This document shows positions 17,765 through 26,849 of a DNA stretch of 64,000 nt, one piece after another. Position numbers and translations under genes: made by a program. The DNA comes from a virus, in IMG/VR virus record IMGVR_UViG_3300025671_000038, one strand, 5' to 3'. Every line of letters begins with the position of its first letter. The first letter of the stretch is position 1. The notes under the pieces are model-generated. The model ran no database searches. It worked only from the letters and a program-made list of their open reading frames with translations, and was not told the origin of the DNA.

Positions 17765-18247
17765 TTAGATCTCGAAATATTTCTCAGCCCCATAAATGTA
17801 GTCGGAGTATATTCTTTCCTCCCTATTCTTCGGGTTGTTTATGTCATATTTACCACCGAAGGTTTTCTTACCCTTAATTATAGCGTCTGTGTAAAATTCC
17901 TCGTAATCCTTCTGTTTGTTTTTACCAGAAGCTCTAATGCCATCCCCCCATTTAGAGAGTATCTCATCCTTTCCCCTTTCGAGAGATCCATCATCCATTC
18001 TGGCAATATCCTCCTTTTTAAAGACATCAGCAATACCCCTGCTGACCCCAGTAATGGCATTTATAGTTCTGGAAAGGAGTCTTCCTGCTGCTCCACCCTC
18101 ATCATAAACAGTCTGATATATCTTCTCCTCCGGGGTTTGAGCCTCGATCCTTTTTCTAATCGCCTTAATGCGATCTTCAGCTGAGATAGAAGAGTATGAA
18201 TAGTCCTCCTCATTTAGAAACGAGCGGAATCCCTTTAAGTTATTCAT
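17765..18247 (-). CDS. Hypothetical protein with a capsid-targeting-like N-terminus
   Basis: Probable start ATG 18247 (MNNLKGFRSFLNEED); GATATATA at 18269-18276 lies across the longer ORF start. Confidence 0.65.
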   Translation of the reverse strand: MNNLKGFRSFLNEEDYSYSSISAEDRIKAIRKRIEAQTPEEKIYQTVYDEGGAAGRLLSRTINAITGVSRGIADVFKKEDIARMDDGSLERGKDEILSKWGDGIRASGKNKQKDYEEFYTDAIIKGKKTFGGKYDINNPKNREERIYSDYIYGAEKYFEI

Positions 18248-18268
18248 GGTAGTGCATTTTTTGTACAC

Positions 18269-18276
18269 TATATATC
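18269..18276 (-). promoter_or_regulatory. GATATATA putative phage promoter
   Basis: Intergenic, 22 nt upstream of ATG 18247. Confidence 0.6.
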
Positions 18277-18287
18277 GTACGACGAGG

Positions 18288-19811
18288 TTAAAGCTTTACC
18301 TTGAATATCTTGTACTTGAAATTCTCGTTCTTATAAATCTGGATTCTTGCCTCTCCGTGCTTCACAAGGTAGTTCTTGTACTTGGGAGTACTGAAATCGT
18401 CGACGAAATCAATAACGTTAACCTTCTCCTTGCCTTCCATTTTTCTCATCCCTCTACCTAAGCTCTGTTTTATCAGAACCTCGCTTTTATATGATTCAAC
18501 CAGGAATATGTTATGAAGGTTATTAATAGAGATACCAGTGGAGAATGTACCATAAGTAGCAACCAGAACCTTATTTTCTCCGGAGGACATTCGATTTTTA
18601 TATTCTTCTCTTAAAGACTCGTCGGTATCCCCGTCCACGTAAAATACCTCCTTATTATTTGTGATGTCTCTAAGCCTATTCCATATCTGCTTCCCGTACT
18701 CGTCTTTGACAGATTGGAAAAGAACAAGGGAATTCTTAGAGGTTCTACCTATAAAATCCACTATGTAATTAAGCCTCTTTTCACTTTCTATTACAAGCTT
18801 CCTCTCGATATTGTAAAGCTCGTTACCCTCCAAATTCTGAGAATTTGCTTTAAGGTTAGCCAGTTTCTCTTTTATAGAGGCATCAAGCCAGTTTAGCATG
18901 ACAACCTTTATCTCCACCGGTGTAGCATGCTTGTTCTTGAATAGAAAATCAGGGGATATCTCCACTATCACGGGTCCTAGGAATTGCTGTATAGTGAGGT
19001 GATCAGCAGAACCTCTTTTAGTAAGAGTCCCGGTAAGGCCGAATCTCCATCCGCAGTGCATACACTTAGATACAATTTTCTTAATGGACATCGAGTTGGT
19101 GTGGTGTGCCTCATCAACGAAAACCGCATCCACGTCCTCGAAGAATTCCTTATCCTTCTTAACTAAAGACTGAAAGGTACCTATTATAAGATCGCACCCT
19201 TCCCTTAGTTTACTTCCCCCACCTATCTGCTGTATTTTAACACCCAGATCATCAATCCCATAGTCTATGAAATCATCATTTCCCTGGAACACCAGGTTGG
19301 TGTTCGGAACTATAACCATAAACTTCTTGATTAGACCCATCTGCTTAAGATAGGCGAATATCATGAAGGAGATAAGGGTTTTACCAGAAGATGTAGCAAT
19401 CTCGGAAACGGAGTATCTATACTTCACTATCTTCCATGCAGCTTCCACCTGATAGTCCCTAGGTTCTATTTCTTTATCTTTAAAAAAATCATCAACCCAG
19501 GACTGGAAATCTTCTAATGTTAGATCGCTTAGCAAAAGGTCTGATAGCCCCTCTATTTCTATGTCTATATTGAACTCCTTGCCAATCTCAAGAACTTCTC
19601 TCCAAAGACCTATCGGGACCTTCCAGAAAGCGCCCTTCTTTTCTACAAAGCATATATTCCCATCCCAGATTTTTTTCTTCACCAGGGGATGAAAGTACCA
19701 ATTGTGTATTTTCTTGGTTAGTGAAAGCTCTATCTGTCTCTTTTCAACCTCATCGGGCGAATGAACCAGAATAAGCCATTGTCTGTCTTCAGAGACGTTG
19801 AATTTCAGCAT
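18288..19811 (-). CDS. uvsW: UvsW-like SF2 DNA helicase
   Basis: PRDYQVEA Q-motif, ATSSGKTL, VFVDEAHH (DExH), GLTGT, ATYGTFSTGISI, QSLGRGMR. Confidence 0.92.
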   Translation of the reverse strand: MLKFNVSEDRQWLILVHSPDEVEKRQIELSLTKKIHNWYFHPLVKKKIWDGNICFVEKKGAFWKVPIGLWREVLEIGKEFNIDIEIEGLSDLLLSDLTLEDFQSWVDDFFKDKEIEPRDYQVEAAWKIVKYRYSVSEIATSSGKTLISFMIFAYLKQMGLIKKFMVIVPNTNLVFQGNDDFIDYGIDDLGVKIQQIGGGSKLREGCDLIIGTFQSLVKKDKEFFEDVDAVFVDEAHHTNSMSIKKIVSKCMHCGWRFGLTGTLTKRGSADHLTIQQFLGPVIVEISPDFLFKNKHATPVEIKVVMLNWLDASIKEKLANLKANSQNLEGNELYNIERKLVIESEKRLNYIVDFIGRTSKNSLVLFQSVKDEYGKQIWNRLRDITNNKEVFYVDGDTDESLREEYKNRMSSGENKVLVATYGTFSTGISINNLHNIFLVESYKSEVLIKQSLGRGMRKMEGKEKVNVIDFVDDFSTPKYKNYLVKHGEARIQIYKNENFKYKIFKVKL

Positions 19812-19820
19812 GCATCTAAG

Positions 19821-20273
19821 TTATTTTATAGTACTACCCCTCAGGTAGTCCTCCAGAGCTATCCTGGATTTTATTCCATATAGCATGTGGTCTACCGTTT
19901 GAATAGTCTGGTCTATAAACTTCCTATGACCCTCCACCATCTCGATTTTACCGACGATTTCAGCTACATCGCCCTCTATGAGAACTTTCGTTTCGTTAGA
20001 TCCATATCTAACGTCGCTGTTTTGATTGTAATCCTTAAGCCTAGCTGCACGAGTCTGTCTTTCTCTGGCGCTAAGTTTGCTAACTATCTGTGCTAACTTA
20101 AAACTATATTCCAATAATATTTGCCTAGTGGAGAAAAGCTCAACCTGGGCTTCAGCCACAGTTTTAATGTTTTTGAGATTCAAAGATATGACTTGGATCT
20201 TCTCCTTCCATTCGAACCTCTCCTTCTCGAACAGTTTAGCGTAATCAACCTTATCTGTCTGTTGTTCCGGCAT
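19821..20273 (-). CDS. uvsY: UvsY-like recombination mediator
   Basis: 150-aa helical protein directly upstream of uvsW; ends IDQTIQTVDHMLYGIKSRI like UvsY C-termini. Confidence 0.55.
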   Translation of the reverse strand: MPEQQTDKVDYAKLFEKERFEWKEKIQVISLNLKNIKTVAEAQVELFSTRQILLEYSFKLAQIVSKLSARERQTRAARLKDYNQNSDVRYGSNETKVLIEGDVAEIVGKIEMVEGHRKFIDQTIQTVDHMLYGIKSRIALEDYLRGSTIK

Positions 20274-20274
20274 C

Positions 20275-20517
20275 CTAAAAAAGTTTATTTCCCTTGTTTT
20301 TACTTATACGGGGTTTACCCAGTTTAATTTCCCTCATCACAGAATTTACCATTTTCGGGGAGGATACACTGATGGTGCCTTCTACTTCCCCTATGTTGGC
20401 TATCACATCCCTATCTAACATAGATATGGGGAATTTGACGCTACCCACATTATCCCGATCCAGCGACTCCTCCCATTCCTCCGTTTTGTCTATTGTGGGC
20501 ATTTCTAATTTAACCAT
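20275..20517 (-). CDS. Hypothetical protein
   Basis: 80-aa ORF overlapping the primase stop; fills the gap between primase and uvsY. Confidence 0.55.
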   Translation of the reverse strand: MVKLEMPTIDKTEEWEESLDRDNVGSVKFPISMLDRDVIANIGEVEGTISVSSPKMVNSVMREIKLGKPRISKNKGNKLF

Positions 20518-21571
20518 CGATAAAATCTATTAAGTCCAGGACTTCCCCAGTAAAATAGTTATCGAATCTTCTTATTTTTATCCTCTTGGCCCTCAGATAA
20601 TTTACTATATCGTTTAGGTCCCATTTCTTATTTATCGGAAGCTCATGATCGGTTAAAAATTTCTTCCAGTTAAAAACACTAAATCCCTTGGTTAGTAGCT
20701 CTGAGTTCTTAGCCCTTCCCGCACGGTCCCAGTCGTACCAGTATCTAATGTTCTCCATTTCAAACGGGAATTTATTTTCCACCGAACACAGTGCAACCGA
20801 ATTTTTCCATAGCCAGGAATCCATTGGTCCTTCGAATATAGTTATAGTGTGGTCAAACGAGACCATCCCTATATTAAAAACGCTAGAGATGGGATCTATT
20901 TTTCTCGCCTCATCCAGAAATTCAGGATCGGTAACACCAAGCATTTTTTCCCATATGCCGCTGAGTTTATACGTATAGTATTTAGAACCATAGCTAGAAG
21001 ACATGTTTCTAAACTGTAAGCCCAATATCTCATTATCCTTCGTGAGGTTAAAGAGATAAAGCTTCTTGTCAGACTCGCTCCAGGCAAATTTTTGGTCAGG
21101 TATCTGGTTTCTTTTCCTTAAATACCTCTCCATCTTGCTACCCGCCACTTCGGATAATCCCATTTTCTCCATAAAGAGAGATCGAGGGATTACAACCTTG
21201 CTGAAGTCTGTATCGAAGAAGAGAGATATATCAACATCACCATAAATTTTCCTCCTTTTCTCCTTCCCGCTTTTTATAACATCAAGTATGTCGACCTTTT
21301 CGTTTTTTTCAAGCTTCGACAGTTCCCCAAAATCCTTAAATAGTGAAAACGCATCCTTAAATATTCCGCACCCTCCGTTATAACACTTGTATGTGAGCGT
21401 ATCCAGGTAAAAGTTGCCCCTCTTTTTACGGTAATTGCTACTATCACCACAATATGGACAGGAAAAATTGAGTCTATTTCCTGCTTTGTAAATCTTCCTT
21501 CTATTGGGGTCGTTTGGGAATCCCTTGACCAACACCCCATTAATAAGCTCTTCAATTCTCCCTAAATCCAT
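20510..21571 (-). CDS. DNA primase (T4 gp61-like)
   Basis: Zn finger CPYCGDS...YKCYNGGC; TOPRIM IFEGPMDS ... YDWDRAG; WDLND. Confidence 0.9.
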   Translation of the reverse strand: MDLGRIEELINGVLVKGFPNDPNRRKIYKAGNRLNFSCPYCGDSSNYRKKRGNFYLDTLTYKCYNGGCGIFKDAFSLFKDFGELSKLEKNEKVDILDVIKSGKEKRRKIYGDVDISLFFDTDFSKVVIPRSLFMEKMGLSEVAGSKMERYLRKRNQIPDQKFAWSESDKKLYLFNLTKDNEILGLQFRNMSSSYGSKYYTYKLSGIWEKMLGVTDPEFLDEARKIDPISSVFNIGMVSFDHTITIFEGPMDSWLWKNSVALCSVENKFPFEMENIRYWYDWDRAGRAKNSELLTKGFSVFNWKKFLTDHELPINKKWDLNDIVNYLRAKRIKIRRFDNYFTGEVLDLIDFIDG

Positions 21572-21627
21572 CGTTTACCAATTTAAATTCTTCATTTCCT
21601 TTACTTAGATAACTTCAGTTTAACACT

Positions 21628-21663
21628 AAAAAGGGAGGAACAGCTCTGGTAACTGTTCCTCCC
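21628..21663 (-). terminator. Rho-independent terminator after gp32
   Basis: GGGAGGAACAG-ttaccagag-CTGTTCCTCCC followed by TTTTT on the minus strand. Confidence 0.85.
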
Positions 21664-21677
21664 AGTGTTATAACCTA

Positions 21678-22631
21678 TTAAAGGTCAGAATAGAGATCAT
21701 CCAAAGAAGAAGCTGTCTCTGGACTAGATGGTTGCTTCAGGGGTTGTTCCTCTTGTGGGGTGTTTCCAACCTTCGTCGAAGATACCTCGTTGTAGATATC
21801 GTCTGCGGTTCTAGAGGTGGAAGGTGCAGGGGTAGACGAAACGTTAGCTCCGGACATAACTTCATTAACCATTCTGCCATCCGGTACTGTGTTCCTGATG
21901 ATGTTCATCACCCTTTCCGTGGTATTCTCGTCCCAATCCTTGTATTCAAAATTGGTAAGGTTATCCGGTCCCGTTTTAAGATACTCCAGAATAGTATCCA
22001 TGTCCTTCTTGTTCTTACCCATCTTCTTTCCGTCTATCTCTATGGGTGTATTGTTACCCACGAATTGACAGAGATCGTAATTGTTCCATTCACCAACCTT
22101 TCTAGAATGTATAGAGAATAGCTTACCCTCGAACAGATCATATGGGTTGCAAGGGTCACCGTATTCTGGCTTCAGTTGAGATTCCAGCATATCGTTGATC
22201 TTACGACCAAATTTAAAGGTCATGATCTTCCCTTCTAGCTCGGGGTTGTTTTTATCCTGTACGATCTGGATGAGAGAGTAATAATCCTCCTTTCTGGAGA
22301 AGTTTCTAGCCAGATCCTGATCTGCAGCAGAATTGGAGTTCTTAAGCTTCCAAAAGATGTCTTTAAGAACTGATTTTTTACCTACTGTGGACGGACAATC
22401 TACAGGGAATCCATCTCCTGTTGTAGGATCATTAAGATATACGTAGTATTTCTGAATTTTGGATTTGGCCGGATCTACGTGGTTTGGTAAAAACCTAATT
22501 AGAGACTTGTAAACCCCATCCTTTCCGTTTTCCGGGTACGGCTTGTAAAATTCTAAATCTCTCGAATCTTCCTTCTTGCTCTTCGTTACGAAGTTATCAA
22601 CATCTAAGTTGAAAATGTCTAAATTACTCAT
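21678..22631 (-). CDS. Single-stranded DNA-binding protein (T4 gp32-like)
   Basis: LIRFLPN, CPSTVGKK, YYSLIQIVQDKNNPELEGKIMTFKFGRKINDM, NPYDLFEG, WNNYD; acidic tail SLDDLYSDL. Confidence 0.9.
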   Translation of the reverse strand: MSNLDIFNLDVDNFVTKSKKEDSRDLEFYKPYPENGKDGVYKSLIRFLPNHVDPAKSKIQKYYVYLNDPTTGDGFPVDCPSTVGKKSVLKDIFWKLKNSNSAADQDLARNFSRKEDYYSLIQIVQDKNNPELEGKIMTFKFGRKINDMLESQLKPEYGDPCNPYDLFEGKLFSIHSRKVGEWNNYDLCQFVGNNTPIEIDGKKMGKNKKDMDTILEYLKTGPDNLTNFEYKDWDENTTERVMNIIRNTVPDGRMVNEVMSGANVSSTPAPSTSRTADDIYNEVSSTKVGNTPQEEQPLKQPSSPETASSLDDLYSDL

Positions 22632-22670
22632 TGTTCCTTTAATTAATTTTTAAAATCCTTTATTTAATCT

Positions 22671-23456
22671 CTAAGTGTCCCAAAAGTTTCCCCTAGACTG
22701 TATATATCCCGAACTTTTTTTTATATCGTTACCCTTTCTTACTTGCTCCGTGGGTAACATGATCCCTCGGAGTGAAACCTGAAGGTCACTTCTCACAACA
22801 CCATATTCCGATGTGAGTAAATGGTTTCTTAAAAGAGTCTCGGGGTGAAAGAATATCGCATCCCTTGTAAGATAGTTCTCAAGATTTTCATAGAGGCTAC
22901 AATAGTGACCCATTGCATCCCTAGCTCCATAAGCTATCACATCGTTAATACCTCCCCTCCAATCAAATCCCTGAGGGATAGCGATCATATTTTTTCCAAA
23001 ATTGAAAAAAAGATCGTTGTGCACCTTTATATCAAATCTTCCCTTTATAATATAGTCATATCTCCTACCCACGGATCTCTCATACTTCTGCATAAGATGG
23101 TATGAGGAATTGATTTTATACCACATACAAAAAACAGACTGCGGATTAATCTCGCCATTCAGTGGGGAATAACCCTCATAAATCATCGATCTCTCCCTTA
23201 TTTTGGTTATAGTCTCCGATTCAAAATCCTCCATCAGGATGGATTTTGGCTTATAGAGGGAAATAGCATCACCAACGCTAAGACTATCTCTCAGGTTACC
23301 CGTATAGGGCTGAACGGTTTCTCTTATCTCGTCAGAGGGATTCCAGGATGAGATGAAAACATCCGGGGAGTACTTGTCAAGTATCCTGCTTTTTATATAG
23401 GGGTAACATTCCAGACCTTCCCTAAATTGACCCGAAAGAAGTAAAGCTACTCTCAT
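22671..23456 (-). CDS. Putative glycosyltransferase-fold protein of glycan loci
   Basis: MRVALLLSGQFR...DVFISSW, YDYIIKGRFD, GINDVIAYG, HPETLL: a pattern typical of viral and bacterial glycan-locus proteins. Confidence 0.55.
   Translation of the reverse strand: MRVALLLSGQFREGLECYPYIKSRILDKYSPDVFISSWNPSDEIRETVQPYTGNLRDSLSVGDAISLYKPKSILMEDFESETITKIRERSMIYEGYSPLNGEINPQSVFCMWYKINSSYHLMQKYERSVGRRYDYIIKGRFDIKVHNDLFFNFGKNMIAIPQGFDWRGGINDVIAYGARDAMGHYCSLYENLENYLTRDAIFFHPETLLRNHLLTSEYGVVRSDLQVSLRGIMLPTEQVRKGNDIKKSSGYIQSRGNFWDT
22701..22708 (-). promoter_or_regulatory. GATATATA putative phage promoter
   Basis: In the 3' end of the upstream ORF, 70 nt upstream of the gp32 ATG. Confidence 0.45.
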
Positions 23457-23896
23457 CTATACTTTCCTATATAGTCACTGCAAATTCCTGAGCAGACCGC
23501 GATATCCTCATCATTAACTTCAGGCATAACGGCTATGCTATTTTCTATTGGTTGCTTTCCTACTAAGGCCCAGCGATAACCCTTACTAGTAAAAACCACA
23601 TCGTCGGATTCATGAACAAAATAATTTAGAAAATCCCCCGCCGGATCTATTCTGGAAAGCTCACGAAAAGCTAGCAAATTTTTACAATGGATCCAAAGCT
23701 TCCTGGAGTTCTTCAAAAGGAATTCGTATTGAATCTCGTGTTGTGGCTCATCGTGTCCAAGTTTAAACATCCCGTCAATGAACCAGAGATCTATTTCAAC
23801 TTCGTAATTGTATAAAGCTTCAACTATATAATCAGGATCGTTCTCCCTTTTGGAATTAGGACCATCAATATTTCCGCGATGTGATATTAATATCAT
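23453..23896 (-). CDS. Truncated glycerophosphodiester phosphodiesterase (GDPD/PLC-like) protein
   Basis: ISHRGN, EN, EVEIDLW, GHD, WIHCKN motifs. Confidence 0.7.
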   Translation of the reverse strand: MILISHRGNIDGPNSKRENDPDYIVEALYNYEVEIDLWFIDGMFKLGHDEPQHEIQYEFLLKNSRKLWIHCKNLLAFRELSRIDPAGDFLNYFVHESDDVVFTSKGYRWALVGKQPIENSIAVMPEVNDEDIAVCSGICSDYIGKYR

Positions 23897-23902
23897 CTGC
23901 TC

Positions 23903-25093
23903 TCAAGAATTCACAAACTTATAGATAGCTTCTCTATACTCTTTTCCCCTCTCACCATCGATTGCCTGCCTCATAGCAATCGCACCACTTTTAGTTCCGC
24001 TTGGGTGACCGTGCATTGCTCCTCCTACATTTGCTAGGTAATCAACACCAACCTGCTCGTTTATCTGGTCCACAAGACCAGGGTGGAATCCACAGCTTAA
24101 AGCAGGGAGAGTTCCTTGATTTCTTGATTGCTCTATAGCGGCTAAAACCTCCTCCTCGTCAGCAGGATAATATCCGCCAATCATTCCCGAGTGAATAAAG
24201 TCCACCCCCATCATTCCAGCAAGCTTGCACATGAAAGGCCAAGAGATGCTAAATTGGTGATCCGGGTTTGTTATAACTCTATCTCCGCTCTTTTGGAAAT
24301 GCATAAAAAGCGGGAGATCGAGCTCCCTTATGTTTTTATAAACTCCCAGCCCGCACCAAAAGTTAACGTGTATCCCATTACCTCCTAGTTCGTAAACCTG
24401 TTTTACTCTCTCCAGTATATAGGCAGGATCTGAATGGATAGAAACACAATAAACCACATTCTTATCTTTCAAATAATCCATGATAAGTGGAACCCGGTCC
24501 TCTATCTTACAGAATGATGGGCTGGAAAGTATTTCATCCTCCTTGATGAAATTCACTCCTCCCTCAACCATTTCCTTAACCATCTCCAGCATGACTTGTG
24601 GCGAGACCCCAGTTTTTGGCTTTAGTATTCCTCCGAGGAGTGGCTTGTTGTAGACACCGGTAAATTTTCTTATACCATCAATCCCATATTTAGGTCCCAT
24701 AAAACAATCAGAAACACATTCCGGAAAATCTATGTCAATCAACTTGCATTTTTTTATTTCGGCTATATCCATCTGACCTCCCATTACATTCACCAACAAG
24801 TGAGCAACCCCGTCAGTTTTAAAGTCAATGTTTATCACAGGGAAAGCAATAGTGACCTCCCCCGTTTTTTCATTGCTCATATCTCCCATATCACCGACGA
24901 TCAAACAAGAGTGATTCTCAAAGAGCTCATCAGTTTCCCAGACACTCCTGGATGATGGGTTACCCACACTTTGACCTATTGCTATATTCCAAGCAGCAGA
25001 TGCTAAATTCTTAGAACATTCAACATAATACTTAGCAAAGAAGTACTTGTCAGCATCTATTTGATTTCTCGATTTAAATAATTCAGATTTCAT
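23903..25093 (-). CDS. RuBisCO-like protein (form IV-type RLP)
   Basis: LLGGILKPKTG, GGVNFIKEDE (K201/D203/E204 equivalents), MHFQKSG, DFIHSG, LSCGFHPG, VGGAMHGHPSGTKSGAIAMRQA. The loop-6 Lys of true RuBisCO is absent. Confidence 0.9.
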   Translation of the reverse strand: MKSELFKSRNQIDADKYFFAKYYVECSKNLASAAWNIAIGQSVGNPSSRSVWETDELFENHSCLIVGDMGDMSNEKTGEVTIAFPVINIDFKTDGVAHLLVNVMGGQMDIAEIKKCKLIDIDFPECVSDCFMGPKYGIDGIRKFTGVYNKPLLGGILKPKTGVSPQVMLEMVKEMVEGGVNFIKEDEILSSPSFCKIEDRVPLIMDYLKDKNVVYCVSIHSDPAYILERVKQVYELGGNGIHVNFWCGLGVYKNIRELDLPLFMHFQKSGDRVITNPDHQFSISWPFMCKLAGMMGVDFIHSGMIGGYYPADEEEVLAAIEQSRNQGTLPALSCGFHPGLVDQINEQVGVDYLANVGGAMHGHPSGTKSGAIAMRQAIDGERGKEYREAIYKFVNS

Positions 25094-25403
25094 ACTTATC
25101 TCCCGGTTTAGAGGGTGTCTTAACTATAAAAACCTCGCAGTCTTCGAGGAAAACAGGATTAGCTATCTCGTATTTCCTGATAACGAAAACATCACCAGCT
25201 TTGAGTATTTTGTCCTGTATAATCATTCTACCCTTGTGGAGGTAGTTTATTTCGTCAGCTTCTTTGTGATAGTGTGCTGGCCAATCCTCTCCTTTCTTAT
25301 GCCTTTTAAAGCATATCTCAAATTGATCGGTTTTATAAGCGGAGGGAAGGAAGTCTCCAACGAACCATCCACCCTGGTAATCATCTATTTTAGATACTTC
25401 CAT
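25083..25403 (-). CDS. Cupin-fold protein (putative sugar isomerase/epimerase)
   Basis: GWFVGDF, HKKGEDWPAHYHKEADEINYLHKG (HxH...E cupin motif 1), LKAGDVFVI (motif 2). Confidence 0.75.
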   Translation of the reverse strand: MEVSKIDDYQGGWFVGDFLPSAYKTDQFEICFKRHKKGEDWPAHYHKEADEINYLHKGRMIIQDKILKAGDVFVIRKYEIANPVFLEDCEVFIVKTPSKPGDKYEI

Positions 25404-26136
25404 TGGCTATTTTATTTTTATAAATCTCAAGATCTTCCGGGGTACCTATCGGGAAATGAAGGTTGAAGAAATATGGCAATATCTTTTTACCCCTCTTTAT
25501 CAAATAGTTATATGAGGGAGCAACGTAAAACTCACTGTTATACCGGTCATTAGCTTCTATCATCTCCATCGAGGATTCTACGAAATCGGACCCTCTCTTC
25601 CAGTAGTGCAATCCGTTAGTAGCTATATTTGATATAACTATTTTTTCCTTCACGTCACAAACTTCCCCGTTTGGATCCAATTTGACGTAACTATTCTTTT
25701 TAGAGGAAGATAAAAAGCATCCTAAGAACCCATCACAAGCCGTATTTGAAGCAAACTTGGATAAAACATTAAGATCATAGTCCAATATAATCTGATCACA
25801 GTTTACTATGATCAAAGGATCATTGGTATTAATGATAGACTGGGCCAGTAGAGCAGTACAGGCTGGTCCTTCTGTTAATTTCGGGGTGGAAATAACGTCA
25901 TGTGAAATAGGCATATCGGATATGTGCCTCTTAAACTCATCGACAGATATGTGCTCCTCGTTGATCACGAATATAAAATGGGCAGACTCATTGTGGAGGT
26001 TTCCGACTACGGTCCGTATCATAGAATCGTCGATGACCTTGATATAAGGTTTAATCTCGTTATACCCAGCATCGGAAAATCTTTTTCCCATCCCGCCTAG
26101 GGGTATCAGTATATTAATCCTCCTTAAGTCTTCCAT
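25390..26136 (-). CDS. Sugar-phosphate nucleotidyltransferase (NTP_transferase, GT-A fold)
   Basis: NILIPLGGMGKRFSDAGY...KPYI, TEGPACT, IIVNCDQ, VKEK, EFYVAPSYN, GTPEDL. Confidence 0.85.
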   Translation of the reverse strand: MEDLRRINILIPLGGMGKRFSDAGYNEIKPYIKVIDDSMIRTVVGNLHNESAHFIFVINEEHISVDEFKRHISDMPISHDVISTPKLTEGPACTALLAQSIINTNDPLIIVNCDQIILDYDLNVLSKFASNTACDGFLGCFLSSSKKNSYVKLDPNGEVCDVKEKIVISNIATNGLHYWKRGSDFVESSMEMIEANDRYNSEFYVAPSYNYLIKRGKKILPYFFNLHFPIGTPEDLEIYKNKIANGSI

Positions 26137-26782
26137 CTAAAAAAATACAAATCCAGGTAGCATCAATAAGATCATCCAGAGGTTTATTTACATTTCCGCT
26201 GGGCGTTATCCATTCTCCCCTATTACTTTCAAGTATATTAGTGAAATAGCTCAGATTGGTTTCAGCTCTTTTACAATTAACTAGGGAATCATAGAGCTGA
26301 TGTTTTTTTGCATTCCCTTTAATAGCGAATTTCTTAATGGAGGTCGGGGAAAAAACATAAAAATTCGAACTACCCACCTCGTCAACTATTTTTTTTCTAA
26401 GTAGGGCAGTAGCCATAGAGATGTCAATTAGGGCATTACCATTGGATGCAAAACTTAAACCCTCCATAGCTATATAGATCTCGTCACCCTCTTGGGTGTG
26501 AGATATGACTGAATCCCAGAATCGGTCGACTAGGTCGGAAAAGTAATCAATCTTAAGCCTCTCCCTTTCGGAGTATTCCTCAGGCATTTTCTCTTTTCCC
26601 ATAAACATGAGATCAAACCCATCCATTTCGGAGAGGAATGCGAATGGTTTTGCTTTAGATCTTTTTAGTGATTCTTCTGTGCGATCACTTCGGGTAAGTG
26701 ATCCCCATTTAAATTGATTATCCCTAAGCAAACAAAAAGCTGGCGAGTTCAGAGAAAAATCTATTCCGATAAGAGTTCTCAA
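26114..26782 (-). CDS. RuvC-like Holliday junction resolvase
   Basis: LIGIDFSLNSPA, IAMEGLSF, SPTSIKKFAIKGNAKK, DDLIDA: RNase H-fold catalytic D/E/D/D. TTG start. Confidence 0.8.
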   Translation of the reverse strand: MRTLIGIDFSLNSPAFCLLRDNQFKWGSLTRSDRTEESLKRSKAKPFAFLSEMDGFDLMFMGKEKMPEEYSERERLKIDYFSDLVDRFWDSVISHTQEGDEIYIAMEGLSFASNGNALIDISMATALLRKKIVDEVGSSNFYVFSPTSIKKFAIKGNAKKHQLYDSLVNCKRAETNLSYFTNILESNRGEWITPSGNVNKPLDDLIDATWICIFLDGRLKED

Positions 26783-26809
26783 AATATTGAGTGTTTAAAA
26801 GTTTCACTC

Positions 26810-26817
26810 TATATATC
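26810..26817 (-). promoter_or_regulatory. GATATATA putative phage promoter
   Basis: Immediately after the terminator 26823-26849 and upstream of the RuvC-like gene and the sugar cassette. Confidence 0.6.
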
Positions 26818-26822
26818 CTCAC

Positions 26823-26849
26823 AAAAAACCCCCGAATTAAGGGGGTTTT
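26823..26849. terminator. Rho-independent terminator (possibly bidirectional)
   Basis: AAAAAACCCCC-gaattaa-GGGGGTTTT, 22 nt after the stop of 26871..27236. Confidence 0.8.

Noticed and set aside
3371-21571. Inteins, group I introns or homing endonucleases in nrdA, nrdB, uvsW or primase
   Set aside because: Normal protein lengths, contiguous motifs, and no LAGLIDADG/HNH/GIY-YIG or intein splice motifs seen.
17750-22121. Plus-strand shadow ORFs opposite the helicase, primase and gp32 genes
   Set aside because: Antisense mirrors of conserved genes with no recognisable domains.
23903-25093. True CO2-fixing RuBisCO as a carbon-fixation auxiliary gene
   Set aside because: Lacks the loop-6 Lys334 and His294 equivalents; no small subunit or phosphoribulokinase nearby.
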